Source: Squalus acanthias
Taxonomy: Eukaryota
Assembly: GCA_030390025.1 (NCBI GenBank)
Contig: CM059431.1
Span: forward strand, 112,966,001 to 113,030,000
Direction: 5' to 3'
DNA length: 64,000 nt
Program-made: the position numbers and the translations under genes
Notes under the pieces: model-generated
Told to the model about the DNA's origin: nothing
The model's database searches: none
Seen by the model: only the letters and a program-made list of their open reading frames with translations
Part shown: positions 1 to 12,478 of the stretch, in pieces
Numbering within the stretch: the first letter of the stretch is position 1
Layout: each line of letters starts with the position of its first letter

Positions 1-641
1 TATGGCAGATGGTAAGTCCAGGGAGGTGAGGCATACTCACCTCTACAAGGATGGATGTAGTTCTCACATCTTGTTCATCACCAAAACCATCTACTTTCAT
101 CACTTGCCTACATCTCTACTTTGCCTCACCAGCACTGAAACCATCATCCACTCAAAGCTTGATTTTTTCCTTGCTTCATCCTGCATCAATTACAATTCAT
201 CCAGAACTCTGGTGCTTCTCTTCTATCTTGTGCAAAACCCTGTGCAAAATTCACCCCATTTGTTCACCAACCATCATTGGCTCCGCATTCCCCTGCGTAT
301 CAACTTTAAAATAGTCATTCTTTTTTTCAAATCCCTTCATGATCTCACTCCATCTTCCCTCTGAATCTGCACCGGTCCACAGCACTCGCCCTACATTCCT
401 CCAACGTCAGCCGACTGTGTATCATCTTCCCTCAGGCTCCACTTTCAGTTGCAGAACCTTCAGCCACCATGTCTCTGCACTCTGAAATTCTCTTCTTAAA
501 CTTCTCCATCTTGTCACTTCTCTTCCTACCGTCGAAAATCTCCCTCAACCCCTCTCTTGCTTGGTGTCCTCTCATGTCCTGTAAAGTGCCTTGGAACATT
601 TGTTATTCAAAAAACACTGTATAAAAGTAAGTTATTGTTGC
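1..641 (+). mobile_element. Decayed L2-clade LINE 3' fragment
   Basis: Degenerate L2-like C-terminal coding remnants (HWLRIPLRINFKI) followed by an L2-type 3' tail (ctgtaaagtgccttgg...tataaaagtaagttattgttg). Confidence 0.65.
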
Positions 642-877
642 TGTCATTGAAGAGTGAATTTTACAAATGCGCACTCCCAGCAAAAAGTCTCACCCACCAG
701 GAATACATATTGGGAAAAATAGATACCATCAGGTTCCACATTAATTTCTTCCCTCCTGTCATTTTGTGTCCTGACTCCTTTGGTTCCACAACATTTCTTG
801 GGTTTCTCTTTCATTCTCAGAAATTAATCTTGAGATTCCCTGGACAAGAAACAGCATGCTTACAACCTAGACACTTA

Positions 878-1547
878 GGGCAGAATTTTCATTGACCCGT
901 GGAGGCGGGTTTGGAGGTGTGTGGGGGGTTAAAATTGCGAAAACTGCCGGGCGGGCACAAGCCCGCCTCCATTCCGCCTCCTCACAATTTTCATTAAATC
1001 GTGTCTGCTGGTCCGACTCCGTCCCGCCTCCAAGAGGCGGGATAGGCCGTTAAGGCCCTTAACAAGCACTAAATTGCCTCTATAATGCCATTTTGAAAGG
1101 CCTTTGTGATTTTAACCCTTTTTCCACGTGAAGCACGCCTGTTCTGAACCACGAATATGAAACCTGGCGGGAGCACATTTAGATTGCTGACTATCAGCTG
1201 CAGGTCCACTATTACAACGGAGAGTGGTGGTGGTGGTGGTAGTGGTGGAAAATTCTGGGAGCAGACTTAGGTCTCCTGCTGCTCATTTTGCCTCCAGGTC
1301 CCTCTCACAGCAAAGGCCAAAAGCTTCCCAGTCTTTGCAGGCCTTAAATGCAGCAGCAATGATGACATTATCAGAGGCGACTTTCAGACTGAAAACACTA
1401 ATTGGTTCATGGGTTCCCACATGCTGGAACTCAATTGCCCAATTAGGTGAAAATTGCATCAATCTCCCACATCCAATTGGAGTCGGGTGGATAACACAAA
1501 AAGTGGATGACACGACCCCAGCCCGCCCCAGTATCAAAATCCAGCCC
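878..1547 (-). mobile_element. Non-autonomous PIF/Harbinger element (MITE) related to the element at 31439-34590
   Basis: Termini GGGCAGAATTTT / AAAATCCAGCCC; TTA TSD at 875-877 and 1548-1550; both ends align by eye to the ends of 31439-34590 in reverse orientation. Confidence 0.85.
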
Positions 1548-1934
1548 TTAGCGTTTCTGCCACACTTGGTTGGTGAGATCTGTGATTTGGGAGTTTTGGT
1601 GGTTCTTTTACCTGCAATCTCAATGACGACTTTTTATGACAATGTTGGGAGTAGCAGGCGAACTTTGGCCATGGCCTTATTTCATGCAACCACAAAAACA
1701 AAGCAAAACATTGAAGCTTATTTCATCCCTTTCATACTTTCCTCCTATTCCTTTGAGATATCTATCTCCAAAATTAATGAAGGTTGAGGTACCTCTTTTT
1801 AAAACAATATTCCACCATTAAGTGTTCGTGAGAGAGGAAGGTTTACAATAAATGCAAGAGCTCCTCATTGTTCTCTTGCTTATTTTCTGTTACCTCCCTT
1901 GCCTTAGGAAGTAAATCAATTTCAATGCACTTAA

Positions 1935-3072
1935 AAGAAAGAACTTGCATTTATATAGCGCCTCTCACAACCTCAGGACATCTCAATGTGGTTTACAGTC
2001 AATGAAGTACTGTTCTAATATAGAGAAATGTGGCAGCCAATTTGCACACAGTAAAGTCCCAGGATACTGACCAGATACCAGGCCGGATCATGCTGGAAAA
2101 ATAGTGGTGTGTTAATGACACATGCTGTTATTAATATGCAAATCAGCCAGAAAGTACAGGGGATTAAGAGATACGGCGTGAGTTACGAATCTCCAGAACT
2201 CCAGATTAACGCCGCTCTGCCATTAGCATCGCGCAAAAGGTATCTCACCCTTAGCCACCCAGTTATTTTTAACAACTTCCTGGATTTGCACATTGATCTC
2301 GCCACAGAAAGCTAAGTCTGGTAATTAACAGCGCAAGTACCTTTCTATCAACATAATTGTTATTGAAATGCCAATCAAACTGTTTGGCCCAGAAATTGAA
2401 CAATTTAAACTATAGACTCATTCCTTCAGGTTGAGATTTTAAAAATGTTAGTTTTTTTTCTACTTTTCCTTTCTGTCTCTTTTTTTCCTCTCCGTGTCTT
2501 AATCCAATCTTTCTTTCCCACTCTATTTCTCTTTCTGTACCTGATTTGACATTGAATTCACCCACGCTAATTCACCCTCCTTCTCAGTCATTCCTCTATT
2601 TATTTCTCAATCCTTAAATCTCTTTGGTTATGGAGATACACTGTTGGTCCTATCATTCACCAAGGTCTCAGATGTCGTTTCCCTCGCCGTTATCAGCTCG
2701 CATTTCCAGCAAGTTACGGTGTAAAACATTTTTGAGCTGAAGGGTGCAGAAAAAAGTTTAAATAACAGGGCATGCCACAAGATCCAACCCATTAGTGAGG
2801 TTGGTTGATGGATAAATACTGGCCAGGACACTGGGAGAACTACCCTGGTCTTCTTTGAATAGTTCTATGGGATCGTTTACATCCACTTGAGAGGGTAGAC
2901 TGGACCGCGGTTTAATGTCTCATCCAAAACATGGCAACTCTGACAGTGCAGCACTCCGTCAGTACTGTATGAGTGTCAGCCTAGATTATTTGCTCAAGTC
3001 TCTGGAGTGGGACTTGAACCCACAACCTTCTGTCTCAGAGGTGAGCGTGCTACCGCTGAGTCAAGGCTGATA
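1935..3072 (-). mobile_element. tRNA-derived Deu-domain SINE (SacSINE1-like), split by a MITE at about 2080-2790
   Basis: Tail (aagaacttgcatttatatagcg) at 1935; Deu-like body and B box (gggacttgaaccc) at 2792-3072; same family as 7386-7830. Confidence 0.75.
2080..2790. mobile_element. Harbinger-type MITE inserted in a SINE
   Basis: Imperfect inverted termini (aggccggatcatgctgg / gccacaagatccaaccc); the SINE sequence resumes on both sides. Confidence 0.55.
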
Positions 3073-3726
3073 CGTTAAATCAGAAACAGGGTACATTTTC
3101 AGTCAATATGATATTTTGCAGTACATAATCTGAAACGGTAAGATATTTCCACTAACCTTTAACTTCTGAATATATTTCCGTCAACTAAAGCTTGGTGATG
3201 GATGCACTTTCCATGTCAAGACCTTTGTGAAGAAGCATCTCTTTTTATCAGCATTTCATTGTTCCTGGTGCTGTTGACCTTGTGCCCCAGATATCCCCTT
3301 TGGTTTTATTCCCGTTAGGCATAAACCATTATGGGAGCTCTCTTCCTTATTTAGAGAACTTATTTGACAAGGCAAGCTAGCTTGGCCATTCCAGTGATAC
3401 CTAATGTGACTCGGATTAACTACCTATGGGATACCAGCTTTCTCTGGTGACCATTAGCCACAAGATTCCATTTGGGACTGCATCTGTCATTGCATATGCA
3501 GCTGTTCTTTTGTGCTGTTGCCTTTAACTGGTTCCTAACATGGTTGTTTTTTTTATTTAGTAATTTTATATTTTATCTCCTCCATCTTTCGTGTGCCTTA
3601 TATCTTCCCTCTACCACATTATCAAAATTGCAAACGGTGGCATGACCTTTCACACCATTCCAAATTGGCTTCTCTTAAAACGCAGATTTTAACTGAGATT
3701 TTTCTTTCCACTGAACATTAAAGCAA

Positions 3727-3972
3727 TCTGAAATAAAAACAGAAAATGCTGGAGATACTCAGCAGGTCAGGCAGCATCTGTGAAGAGAGAAACAGAGTTA
3801 ACGTTTCAGGTCAATGACCTGTCGTCAGAACAGTTCTGACGAAAGGTCATCGACCTGAAACGTTAACTCTGTTTCTCTCTTCACAGATGCTGCCTGACCT
3901 GCTGAGTATCTCCAGCATTTTCTGTTTTTATTTCAGATTTCCAGCATCGGCAGTATTTTCTTTTCTTTTTGT
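3727..3972 (+). mobile_element. Palindromic Penelope-type mini-insert (hammerhead family 2)
   Basis: 107-nt inverted arms 3725-3831 / 3833-3939 with 2 mismatches seen; ATTAAAGCAA TSD at 3717-3726 and 3973-3982; hammerhead cores at the centre. Confidence 0.8.
3832..3868 (+). ncRNA. Minimal type I hammerhead ribozyme motif (mirror copy on the minus strand, about 3796-3831)
   Basis: agtt-CTGACGA-a-aggtc/atc/gacct-GAAA-cgtt-aact: conserved core, stem II, palindromic AACGTT in place of stem III, and stem I agtt/aact. Confidence 0.8.
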
Positions 3973-4684
3973 ATTAAAGCAACCTGTTTGTCCGTTCCTT
4001 TGCTCATGTGAACCTCTGCTGTTACAAATTTGTAATAGAAAGCATTGCGAAATCCAAAGAAAGTCATTTACGAAACTACATGGCCGAGAATTTCCTTCGA
4101 GCTGCTCCCACTAGGCTGCCGTAGCTTTGCAGTAATTGCGATGGAATATCGCGTCTATGCGCGGAAACCGGGTTTCCGCCACACTTCCAGCAAAGTTGCA
4201 ACAGCGGAGTGGGACCAGCTCTGAGGAAATCTCCAGCGTGTCAAATTGCGTGGGTAATTTTGACTTTGTGCGATCGTGTAAAACGGGTGATAGCGAGTTG
4301 GCAGCCTGTTCTTTTATTTTCACTGACTTCAATAGAAATAAAAAAAAAATTAATCGGGAGATGGAAAACGGGCTGCCGACTCACTCGCATCCATTTTACA
4401 CTACCGCACAATGTCAAGGTTGCCCTCAATCATTCCAATTCTTACTTTGGTGGAAAATTATTACTAAAGAAGTTCAATAATTTTTTTTTTAAACAGTCAA
4501 TGAAGTAAGAACGGTTATAAAATTAACATGACTTTCCTTGTGAAATGCAGCCGTATCTCGTGAGGTGACAGTATGCCAGAGAAACGTACCATATGATATC
4601 AGTGGACTGTATTCAAAGCCTTTCTGACTCCAGGAAAGAAAATAGCTATTTTGATGTGCTGGTATAGCTCAGCATTTTCATTGT

Positions 4685-4906
4685 ACAACAAACAACAGCT
4701 TGCATTTATATAGCGCTTTTAATGTAGTAAAAACATTCCGAGGCACTTCACAGGAGCGTTATCAAACAAAATTTGACACTGAGCCATATAAGGAGAGGTT
4801 AGGACAGCGTGACCAAAAGCTTGGTCAAAGAGGTAGGTTTTAAGGAGTGTCTTAAAGGAGGAGCAAGAGGTAGAGAGGTGGAGAGGTTTAGGGAGGGAAT
4901 TCCAGC
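4685..4906 (-). mobile_element. L2 LINE 3' end fragment
   Basis: Reverse-complement L2 tail (acaacagcttgcatttatatagcgc...ggtcaaagaggtaggttttaaggag). Confidence 0.65.
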
Positions 4907-5710
4907 TTACAGACTACTGTCTTTATTTAAAGATGCTTAATTCAGATTATATGATTATTCCATTTTTCTTCAGCATTTTGCTCTTCTATTTACGTTGCTT
5001 AATTCTAATTATTGGACAATTCAAATTTCCTTAGTATAAAGGTGCCCTAAATTATCAATAGACATAGGAGATGTTTTGACACGAGATTCATCCAACTGTG
5101 TGGACCTACGTGTTTTCACGCTTTGTATTATTAGTTGGGTCCACTTGTTTAAATGGTGTGGGCTACTCTCTCTTCAGCTCTACTCGAATAGATACGTTCT
5201 CATTTTCGTGGACTGTAATGAACACACGAACATTAGTTTAAATGTAAAACCTTATCAGCATTATCAAACCACCCCATAAAACCCACGTAGCATTCCAAAG
5301 TATTATCTTTAAAAAACATGAATCAGTCCAAACCACAAAATGCAGTTTTGCATTCAGCTACTCCACCCTCAAGGGCTTTGCCTCAACAACAGCAATAGTA
5401 TGTAGGTTTATTGCAGCCACGCCTAGTTACAGACCAACGTCAAGAAACCTCAACACCTTTTGCCATCCTGTGAACAATACAGTCAGTTGTGTTTCTATAG
5501 CAAAAACAGATCATGCATTCACATCGAAAAACTGGTTAAACCTGAAACATTCCACTGCCATCATAATTGCAGAGTGCTTTAAAGATTCAAACAAAACACA
5601 CCCATATCAAATTACAGACCCTTTATATATTATTTTATTTCTTAATAAAGCACAGGGGTTTCCAATTTAGAGCAATTTCTATTTAAGAATAAGTTTGATC
5701 CATGTATTAA

Positions 5711-6258
5711 TTTTTTTAATTTATTCATGGGATGTGGGTGTCACTGCCAAGGCCAGCATTTATTGCCCATCCCTGATTACCCTTGAGAAGGTGGGCCTTC
5801 TTGATCTGCTGCAGTTCGTGTGGTGTTGTTAGGTAGGGAGTTCCAGGATTTTGACCCATAAAACAATGAAGGGATGGTGATATATTTCCAAGTTAGGATG
5901 GTGTGTAACTTAGAGGGGGAACTTGGAGGTGGTTTTCCCATGCACCTGCTGCCCTTGTCCTTCTAGGTGATAGAAGTTGTGGGTTTGGGAGCTGCTGTCA
6001 AAGAAGCCTTGGCGAGTTGCTGCAGTGCATCTTGTAGATGGTGCACACTGCAGCCATGTTGCGCTGGTGGTGGAGTGAGTGAATGTTTAAGGTGGTGGAT
6101 GGGCTGCTTTGTCCTGGTTAGTGTCGAGTTTCTTGAATGTTGTTGGAGCTGCACTCATCCAGGCAAATGAAGAGTATTCCTTCACACTCCTGACTTGTGC
6201 CTTGTAGATGGTGGAAAGGCTTTGGTCGGTCAGGAGGTGAGTCACTCGCCACAGAATT
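5711..6258 (-). mobile_element. 3' fragment of LINE family B (CR1-group; tRNA-headed family)
   Basis: LSTIYKAQVRSV..YS..AWMSAAPTT peptide and a 3' UTR shared with 19852-23055. Confidence 0.8.
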
Positions 6259-7385
6259 ATGTTTCCCTCCCTAATCATTTCTCTTCCTTTGCTTCTGATA
6301 AAAAGAAAAATGGTTCACTTGTAAAACAGATTTTATAAGCCTTTGTGCTCCAAGTGACCTTGTACTCTTCTCCATCCACTTCTGATCCATCTCATAATGA
6401 CAGCCTTAAATACAATACCCTATGTGTTTGAGGGAAAAGATGCCTTATTTTGAAAGCACATATTGCTGTGTTTAAAATTGTTTTTCTTTGTGACTTCTGT
6501 CAACTATCTAGATAGGTTTGTTTTGCTTTATATAAAAATCCTTTATTTAAAATTTTTTAAATGTGACCAATTAGTTAGAAGCAAATGGATTAAATACAGG
6601 ATCCATCGTGAACACCAGTCATTTTACTGAATGATATTAGCCACATCATGAGGAACTTACTTGCCATAAGCCAAGGGCACTCAATAACTAGCTTTTACTA
6701 CAGCACTTGCATCATAACCACCTGAATCAGGCACCACACCAGACAAAGGTGCATTCCTAAAGGTTTCACAATTTGGAGGAAAAAAAATTGTGGGGGAAGA
6801 CTTTTCCTGTGCACTGTGTAACAAAGCCATAAACCCGTTCTTTAGTAATTGATTTACGATGTTGGTGAACAAATAAACGTTTCTCCCTGGTGAGTCACTT
6901 CACATGGTGTGGGAAGGAAAGACTTGAGGCTAGAAAGGCAGGCTGCTTGAAATGGTGGCTTAGTATCGCCACAGTCCCTGTTGAGTCACTTTGTGATAGG
7001 GACCTCATGGATCCAGCTATGAAACTGAGGATGCTTGAGGTGTACAGAGGGGTGCAGAGCTGATTGCTTCATTGCAGATGTGAACATTTGGTACAGAGAA
7101 GGGCAAATGTCATACAGCGAGAATTCTCAGTTCTGTGTAGTGCCATTAAGCATCATGCAGAATCAGAGGCTTCTACAGGAAGAGAGCTCAGCCACCTCAG
7201 TGATGAGCACTACTGCCACGTACTTAACAAACACTCCCACTGATGCTGCTAAGCTTAACACTCTATGACCAATAAAGGCTGGCTTCAGCACTCTTGGAGA
7301 CAGAGAGGCTCTGAAATTACACACTGGTGTTTACTATTCTCTCACTGTAACTCCAAACCCCAAGGGAAACCACATGAACAGCGGT

Positions 7386-7830
7386 TTTCAGCCTCTGAGT
7401 CAGAAGGTTGTGGGTTCAAGTCCCACTCTAGAGACTTGAGCACAAAAAGCTAGGCTGACACTCCAGTGCAGTGCTGAGGGAGTGCTGCATTGTCGGAGGT
7501 GCCGTCTTTCAGATGAGACGTTAAACCGAGGCCCCGTCTGCTCCCTCAGGTGGGCGTAAAAGATCCCATGGCACCATTTTGAAGAAGAGCAGGGGAGTTA
7601 TCCCCGGTGTCCTGGCCAATATTTATCCCTCAATCAACATAACAAAAACAGATTATCTGGTCATTATCACATTGCTGTTTGTGGGAGCTTGCTGTGTGCA
7701 AATTGGCTGCCGCGTTTCCCACATTACAACAGCGACTCCATTTCAAATAGTACTTCATTGGCTGTAAAGCGCTTTGAGACGTCCGGTGGTCGTGAAAGGC
7801 GCTATATAAATGCAAGTCTTTTTTTCTTTC
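7386..7830 (+). mobile_element. tRNA-derived Deu-domain SINE (SacSINE1-like)
   Basis: B box gggttcaagtccc; Deu-like central domain (gccgtctttcagatgagacgttaaaccgagg...aaagatcccatggcac); L2-like tail ggcgctatataaatgcaagtc. Confidence 0.85.
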
Positions 7831-8724
7831 TTCCAAATTTCAGAACCAGAATTGAGAGAAGCATGAATGAGAGATTCAAAAACCTCATTACAGTTCAAAG
7901 ATCTGTTCTTGGGCAGATCAGTGGTCAATGTGAGCACTTGGCCTGCAACAAAGACTTGTGAGTAGAGGCACAGAAACAGTTGCCATCAGTCTCTTGCCTG
8001 CATAACACGAGAAGCTCTCAAAACAAGCAGGTCCTGCAGCTGAAGTGGAACAGAATATTTATGGCATGTAAGCAGCACCATCAGGGCATGCAACATATTG
8101 TGGCACATGACCAACTAAATCAGAAGCTAATCCTCTGCGGACCTTGCAGGAGGCTCCACACCTACTCCTTCCAGTACAATATCACATAGGAGCAATACAG
8201 TTCAATGACCACAAGGAAGTCGTACACATACCACATGGGGGTACAGCAACACACGATGTTAAACACACAGAACACCTTTGCCATTATCTTCAATAAAGAT
8301 ACAAGACATCACTGTAATCCTTAAAGATATCTACCCTAAAAATCAACAGGGACCCCACTGGACTCTCGTCTTAATTCCGGCAGGAGTCCTGAGGAACACG
8401 CCTGAACATGGCAGGGACCTGGTTGAGCTGGGTGTCCCATGCTTCTGGGATTTCTCAGCCAGCCTTGTAAGTGGGGGCGGGGGGTGCGGTGGGTAGGGGG
8501 TGATAGCGCTCCTTGCCTCTTACAGGGCAAATGACACCCGGACCCAGCCCTGGAGATGGAGCCAGGGGTGATAACACCCTACACCAGGAGCTCCGACATT
8601 CCCAGCTCAGTTGGAACTCAGCACTAGACTGGAGTTCTGTGCGCCAAGTGAGATGAGGCGTTACAACCTCCAGATGGGCAATAGGCATGCGGCTGCCAGT
8701 CCCATGCATATTAGGTGTCCTTGA

Positions 8725-8846
8725 GAATCAAGGGATATGGAGATCGGGCAGAAAAGTGGAGTTGAGGTCGATGATCAGCCATAATCTTAGCAGGCTCGAG
8801 GGGCCGTATGGCTTACTCCTGCTCTTATTTCTTATGTTCTTATGTT
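8725..8846 (+). mobile_element. CR1 LINE 3' end fragment
   Basis: CR1 3' UTR ending in (ttcttatg)n. Confidence 0.7.
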
Positions 8847-9169
8847 CTGCTGACCTCACAAACTCTGGCAGGGTCGGTGGTGGAGGGCACCATAGCCACT
8901 GGGATCGTGGCCCACAGAATTTTGGGGCTATTGTTTTCTTCAGAAATTCATGTTTCCATATACTGTAAATGGATAATGTTGATTTGCAAAAAAACAGAAA
9001 AGAAACTCCTCATTCAGATTATAGCAGAACAATGCAGCTTCCTGCAATGGCTGCTCTACTTTGTTAGTTCCTTGCCATCCTCTTCCTCATCCTGTGCCAT
9101 AACTTGTTGCTGGTCCCGATCCACAAGCAAGAATATGTTTATTTCTATTGCTAACTTGTGCAGCATATA

Positions 9170-9678
9170 AAAAGAACAAGAACAAAATGCATTTTTATGA
9201 TGCCTTTAACATAATAAAAAATAAGATGCTGAGACAAAAAAAAGCAGAGATTATAGTAAAGGTGATCCAAAGTTTGGTTGAAAAAATGGTCTTTGAGGAG
9301 GTTTTGAAAGGAAGAGAGAGAAGTGGAGAGGTGGGGGGTGGGGGGAAGGAGGTGGGTGGCAGGTTGGTAGAGAAGGAATTGCAGATATTAGGATCCCGGA
9401 GGCTAAAGCCCCTGCCACTAATGATGGAGTGAAAGGAGGGATTGAAAGAGGAACTGAGAGTTTGAAGGAAGGATACAGGGTTGGAGGAAATTAAAAAGAG
9501 ATGGAGAGGGATAAGATTATGGAGGGATATAAAGAGGAGGAATGAAGATTTGAGGCATTGGAAGATGGGGGTCCAATGTAAGTCATTGAGGACTGGGATG
9601 AGGGATGAGTGGAATTTAGTTTGGGACATGATACAGGAGACTGAATTTTGGACAGGTTGGGAGTTTATGGAGGTTAGG
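9170..9678 (-). mobile_element. Decayed L2 LINE 3' fragment
   Basis: Minus-strand remnant LIPVLNDLHWTPIFQCLK and an L2-like tail. Confidence 0.6.
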
Positions 9679-9897
9679 AACATAAAAACATCAGTAGGCT
9701 ATTCAGCCCCTCAAGCCTGTTCCATCATTCTATTAGATCAGGGCTGATATGTACCTCATCTCCCTCCATTTACCTGCCTTTGCTCCATATCCCTTGATAC
9801 CCTTTACCTAATAAAAATCTATCGATCTCAATTGACCCAGCAACAACATCCTTTTGTGGGGGACTGAGTTCCAAAATTCCACTACCCTTCGTGTGAA
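9679..9897 (-). mobile_element. CR1 LINE 3' end fragment
   Basis: Reverse-complement CR1 3' UTR (ctccatatcccttgataccc...ttccaaaattccactaccct). Confidence 0.6.
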
Positions 9898-9974
9898 AAG
9901 CAGCATGTCAAAACAGGGCATTTGTGATCTTGATTATTCAGCGGTAAACTGCATACTGACTAATTCGTGCCAAG

Positions 9975-11673
9975 CTGAGTCGCTAAAACATGGCGGAGAA
10001 GCACTATTGACGCGAATACTTGGAAGGAGGAGAGCATGCCAGGGGATCTCAGAGACGCCGTAATCGTGACCATCTTCAAGAAAGATGACAAGTCCGATTG
10101 CGATAATTACAGAGGAGTCTCCCTGCTGTCTGCCACAGGGAAAGTCATTGCAAGAATCCTCCTCAATCGCCTTCTCCCAGTGGCTGAAGAGCTCCTCCCA
10201 GAGTCGCAATGTGGATTCCACCCACTAAGGGGCACAATGGACATGATCTTCACTGCGCGTCAACTACAAGAGAAATGCAAGGAACAGCACTAACCGCTGT
10301 ACATGGCCTTCTTTGAATTCACAAAGGCCTTCGACACCGTCAAACGTGAGGGATTATGGAGTGTCCTCCTCAAATTCGGCTGCCTTCAAAAGTTTGTCAC
10401 CATCCTCCGCCTGCTTCATGACGACATACAAGCCGTGATCCTGACCAACATGATCCACCACAGACCCAATTCACGTACGGACCAGGGTCAAGCAAGGCTG
10501 TGTCATCGCACCAACGCTCTTCTCGATCTTCCTGGCTGCAATGCTCCATCTCACCCTCAGTAAGCTCCCCGCTGGAGTGGAGCTAATCTACAGAACAAAC
10601 GGGAAACTGTTCAACCTCCATCGCCTCCAGTCCAGATCCAAGGTCGTCCCATCCTCTGTCGTCGAATTACAGTATGCAGACGACGCTTGCATCTGCGCAC
10701 ACTCTGAGGTCGAACTCCAAACCATCGTCAACACCTTCACCGAAGCGTACAAGAGCATGGGCCTTACACTAAACATCCGTAAGACAAAGGTCCTCTGCCC
10801 CCGCCACACAGTACTGCTCCCCGATTATCAAAATCCACGATGAGGCCTTGGACAACGTGGACCACTTTCCATACCTCGGGAGCCTACTGTCAACAAGGGC
10901 AGACGTCGATGATGAAGTCCAACACCACCTTCAGTGTGCCAGTGCAGCCTTCGGTCACCTGAGGAAGAGAGTGTTTGAAGACCAGGATCTCAAACCCAGC
11001 ACCAAGCTCATGGTCTACAGAGCAGTAGTGATACCCGCCCTCCTGTATGCTTCAGAGACATGGACCATGTACAGCAGGCACCTCAAAGTACTGGAGAGGT
11101 ACCACCAATGCTGCCTCTGCAAGATCCTGCAAATCCATTGGCAGGATAGGCGCACCAACGTCAGTTTTCTCGCTCAGGCCAACATCCCCAGCATCGAAGC
11201 TTTGACCACGCTCGATCAGCTCCAATGGACGGGCCACATCGTCCGCATGCCTGATACGAGACTCCCAAAACAAGCGCTCTACTCGGTGCTCCGACACGGC
11301 AAGAGAGCCCCAGGTGGGCAGAGGAAACGCTTCAAGGACACCCTCAAAGCCTCCTTGAAAAAGTGCAACATCCCCACCGACACCTGGGAATCCCTGGCCC
11401 AAGACCGTACAAAGTGGAGGAGAAGCATCCGGGAAGGCGCCGAACACCTCGAGTCTCTTCGCCGGGAGCAAGCGGAAGCCAAGCGCAGGCAGCGCAAGGA
11501 TTGCACGTCAACCCAAGCACCCCACCCACCCGCCCCTTCAACCACCGTCTGCCCCACCTGTGACAGCGACTGTAGGTCCTGCATTGGACTCATCAGCCAC
11601 CTGAGAACTAATTTTTAGTGTGGAAGCAAGTCATCCTCGGTTCCGAGGGACTGCCTAAGGAGGAGAAGAAGAA
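9975..11673 (+). mobile_element. 5'-truncated RTE-clade (BovB-like) LINE with disrupted RT
   Basis: RT motifs NYRGVSLLS, LLPESQCGF, QYADD and FPYLGS; C-terminal CPTC..C..H motif; (AAG)n tail; 24-bp TSD gcatactgactaattc[g/a]tgccaag at 9951-9974 and 11674-11697; stops and frameshifts break the ORF. Confidence 0.9.
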
Positions 11674-12271
11674 GCATACTGACTAATTCATGCCAAGTCT
11701 CCTGCCATTGTCTGAAAAGAGCCTAGTGAGTGGTAGTTCTGCCCTACCCACCTCCAGTGGTGAAATCCCCCTGAGGGAAATCCAACCCATTACCTCCTCT
11801 CATATTGCACCTTGGTGAAGTTGCAGAGCTCAGCTGATTTTGGCAATGGCCTTGTGTTCCTTCTACTATGGCCTGAAACCTCCTTAGTTATCTTTTGCGG
11901 CTGCTCTTGCTTCTCTCATCCAATATGTCCAGCTTGTGTGACTTGTTGTTGCAGTCATGTTGGCATTATTTTTCAGATTGTTTCTGCCGTGCTTTGAACT
12001 GGATCTCTGCCAACTCTCTCCATTATCTTAGCACTATCTTTATAGTGGGCATCGTCAATACAATGTGGGCTGGAAGACAAGCATGAACAAATTTGCCTTT
12101 AATTGGCACTTAACAAGTCCTAACAAGCCAATAGACACAGTCATATGTTAACTTTAACACAGAACTTGGTACCCCTTTGTACAGCTAAAGCGATGTTTAC
12201 CTTGGCCTGTTGTTGTGCGCCTCTTAGATCCTGATCTTGGAGAAACACTGGAGGAGACCTGGGAATAAGTA

Positions 12272-12478
12272 TGATGTGGAGATGCCGGTGTTGGACTGGG
12301 GTGGACAAATGTGAGAAGTCGCACAACACCAGGTTATAGTCCAACAGCTTTATTTGAAATCACAAGCTTTCGGAGCGCTGCTCCTTCGTCACCTGACGAA
12401 GGAGCAGCGCTCCGAAAGCTTGTGATTTCAAATAAAGCTGTTGGACTATAACCTGGTGTTGTGCGACTTCTCACATTT
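12272..12478 (-). mobile_element. Palindromic Penelope pLTR mini-insert (hammerhead family 1)
   Basis: 86-nt perfect inverted arms 12306-12391 / 12394-12479; sequence matches the 3' end of the Penelope element (30717-30843); GGGAATAAGTA TSD at 12261-12271 and 12479-12489. Confidence 0.85.
12389..12425 (+). ncRNA. Minimal type I hammerhead ribozyme motif
   Basis: tcac-CTGACGA-a-ggagc/agc/gctcc-GAAA-gctt-gtga. Confidence 0.8.

Noticed and set aside
1224..1787. 187-aa ORF (and its homolog at 31427-31891)
   Set aside because: Spurious frames through the non-coding subterminal region of the Harbinger family; the similarity reflects shared transposon DNA.
9057..9145. Minus-strand acidic peptide ...VDRDQQQVMAQDEEEDGKELTK* as a terminal exon
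   Set aside because: No polypyrimidine acceptor and no recognised homology.
11052..11593. Antisense ORFs over the RTE and other LINE copies
   Set aside because: Shadow frames of LINE coding sequence, repeated only because the elements are repeated.
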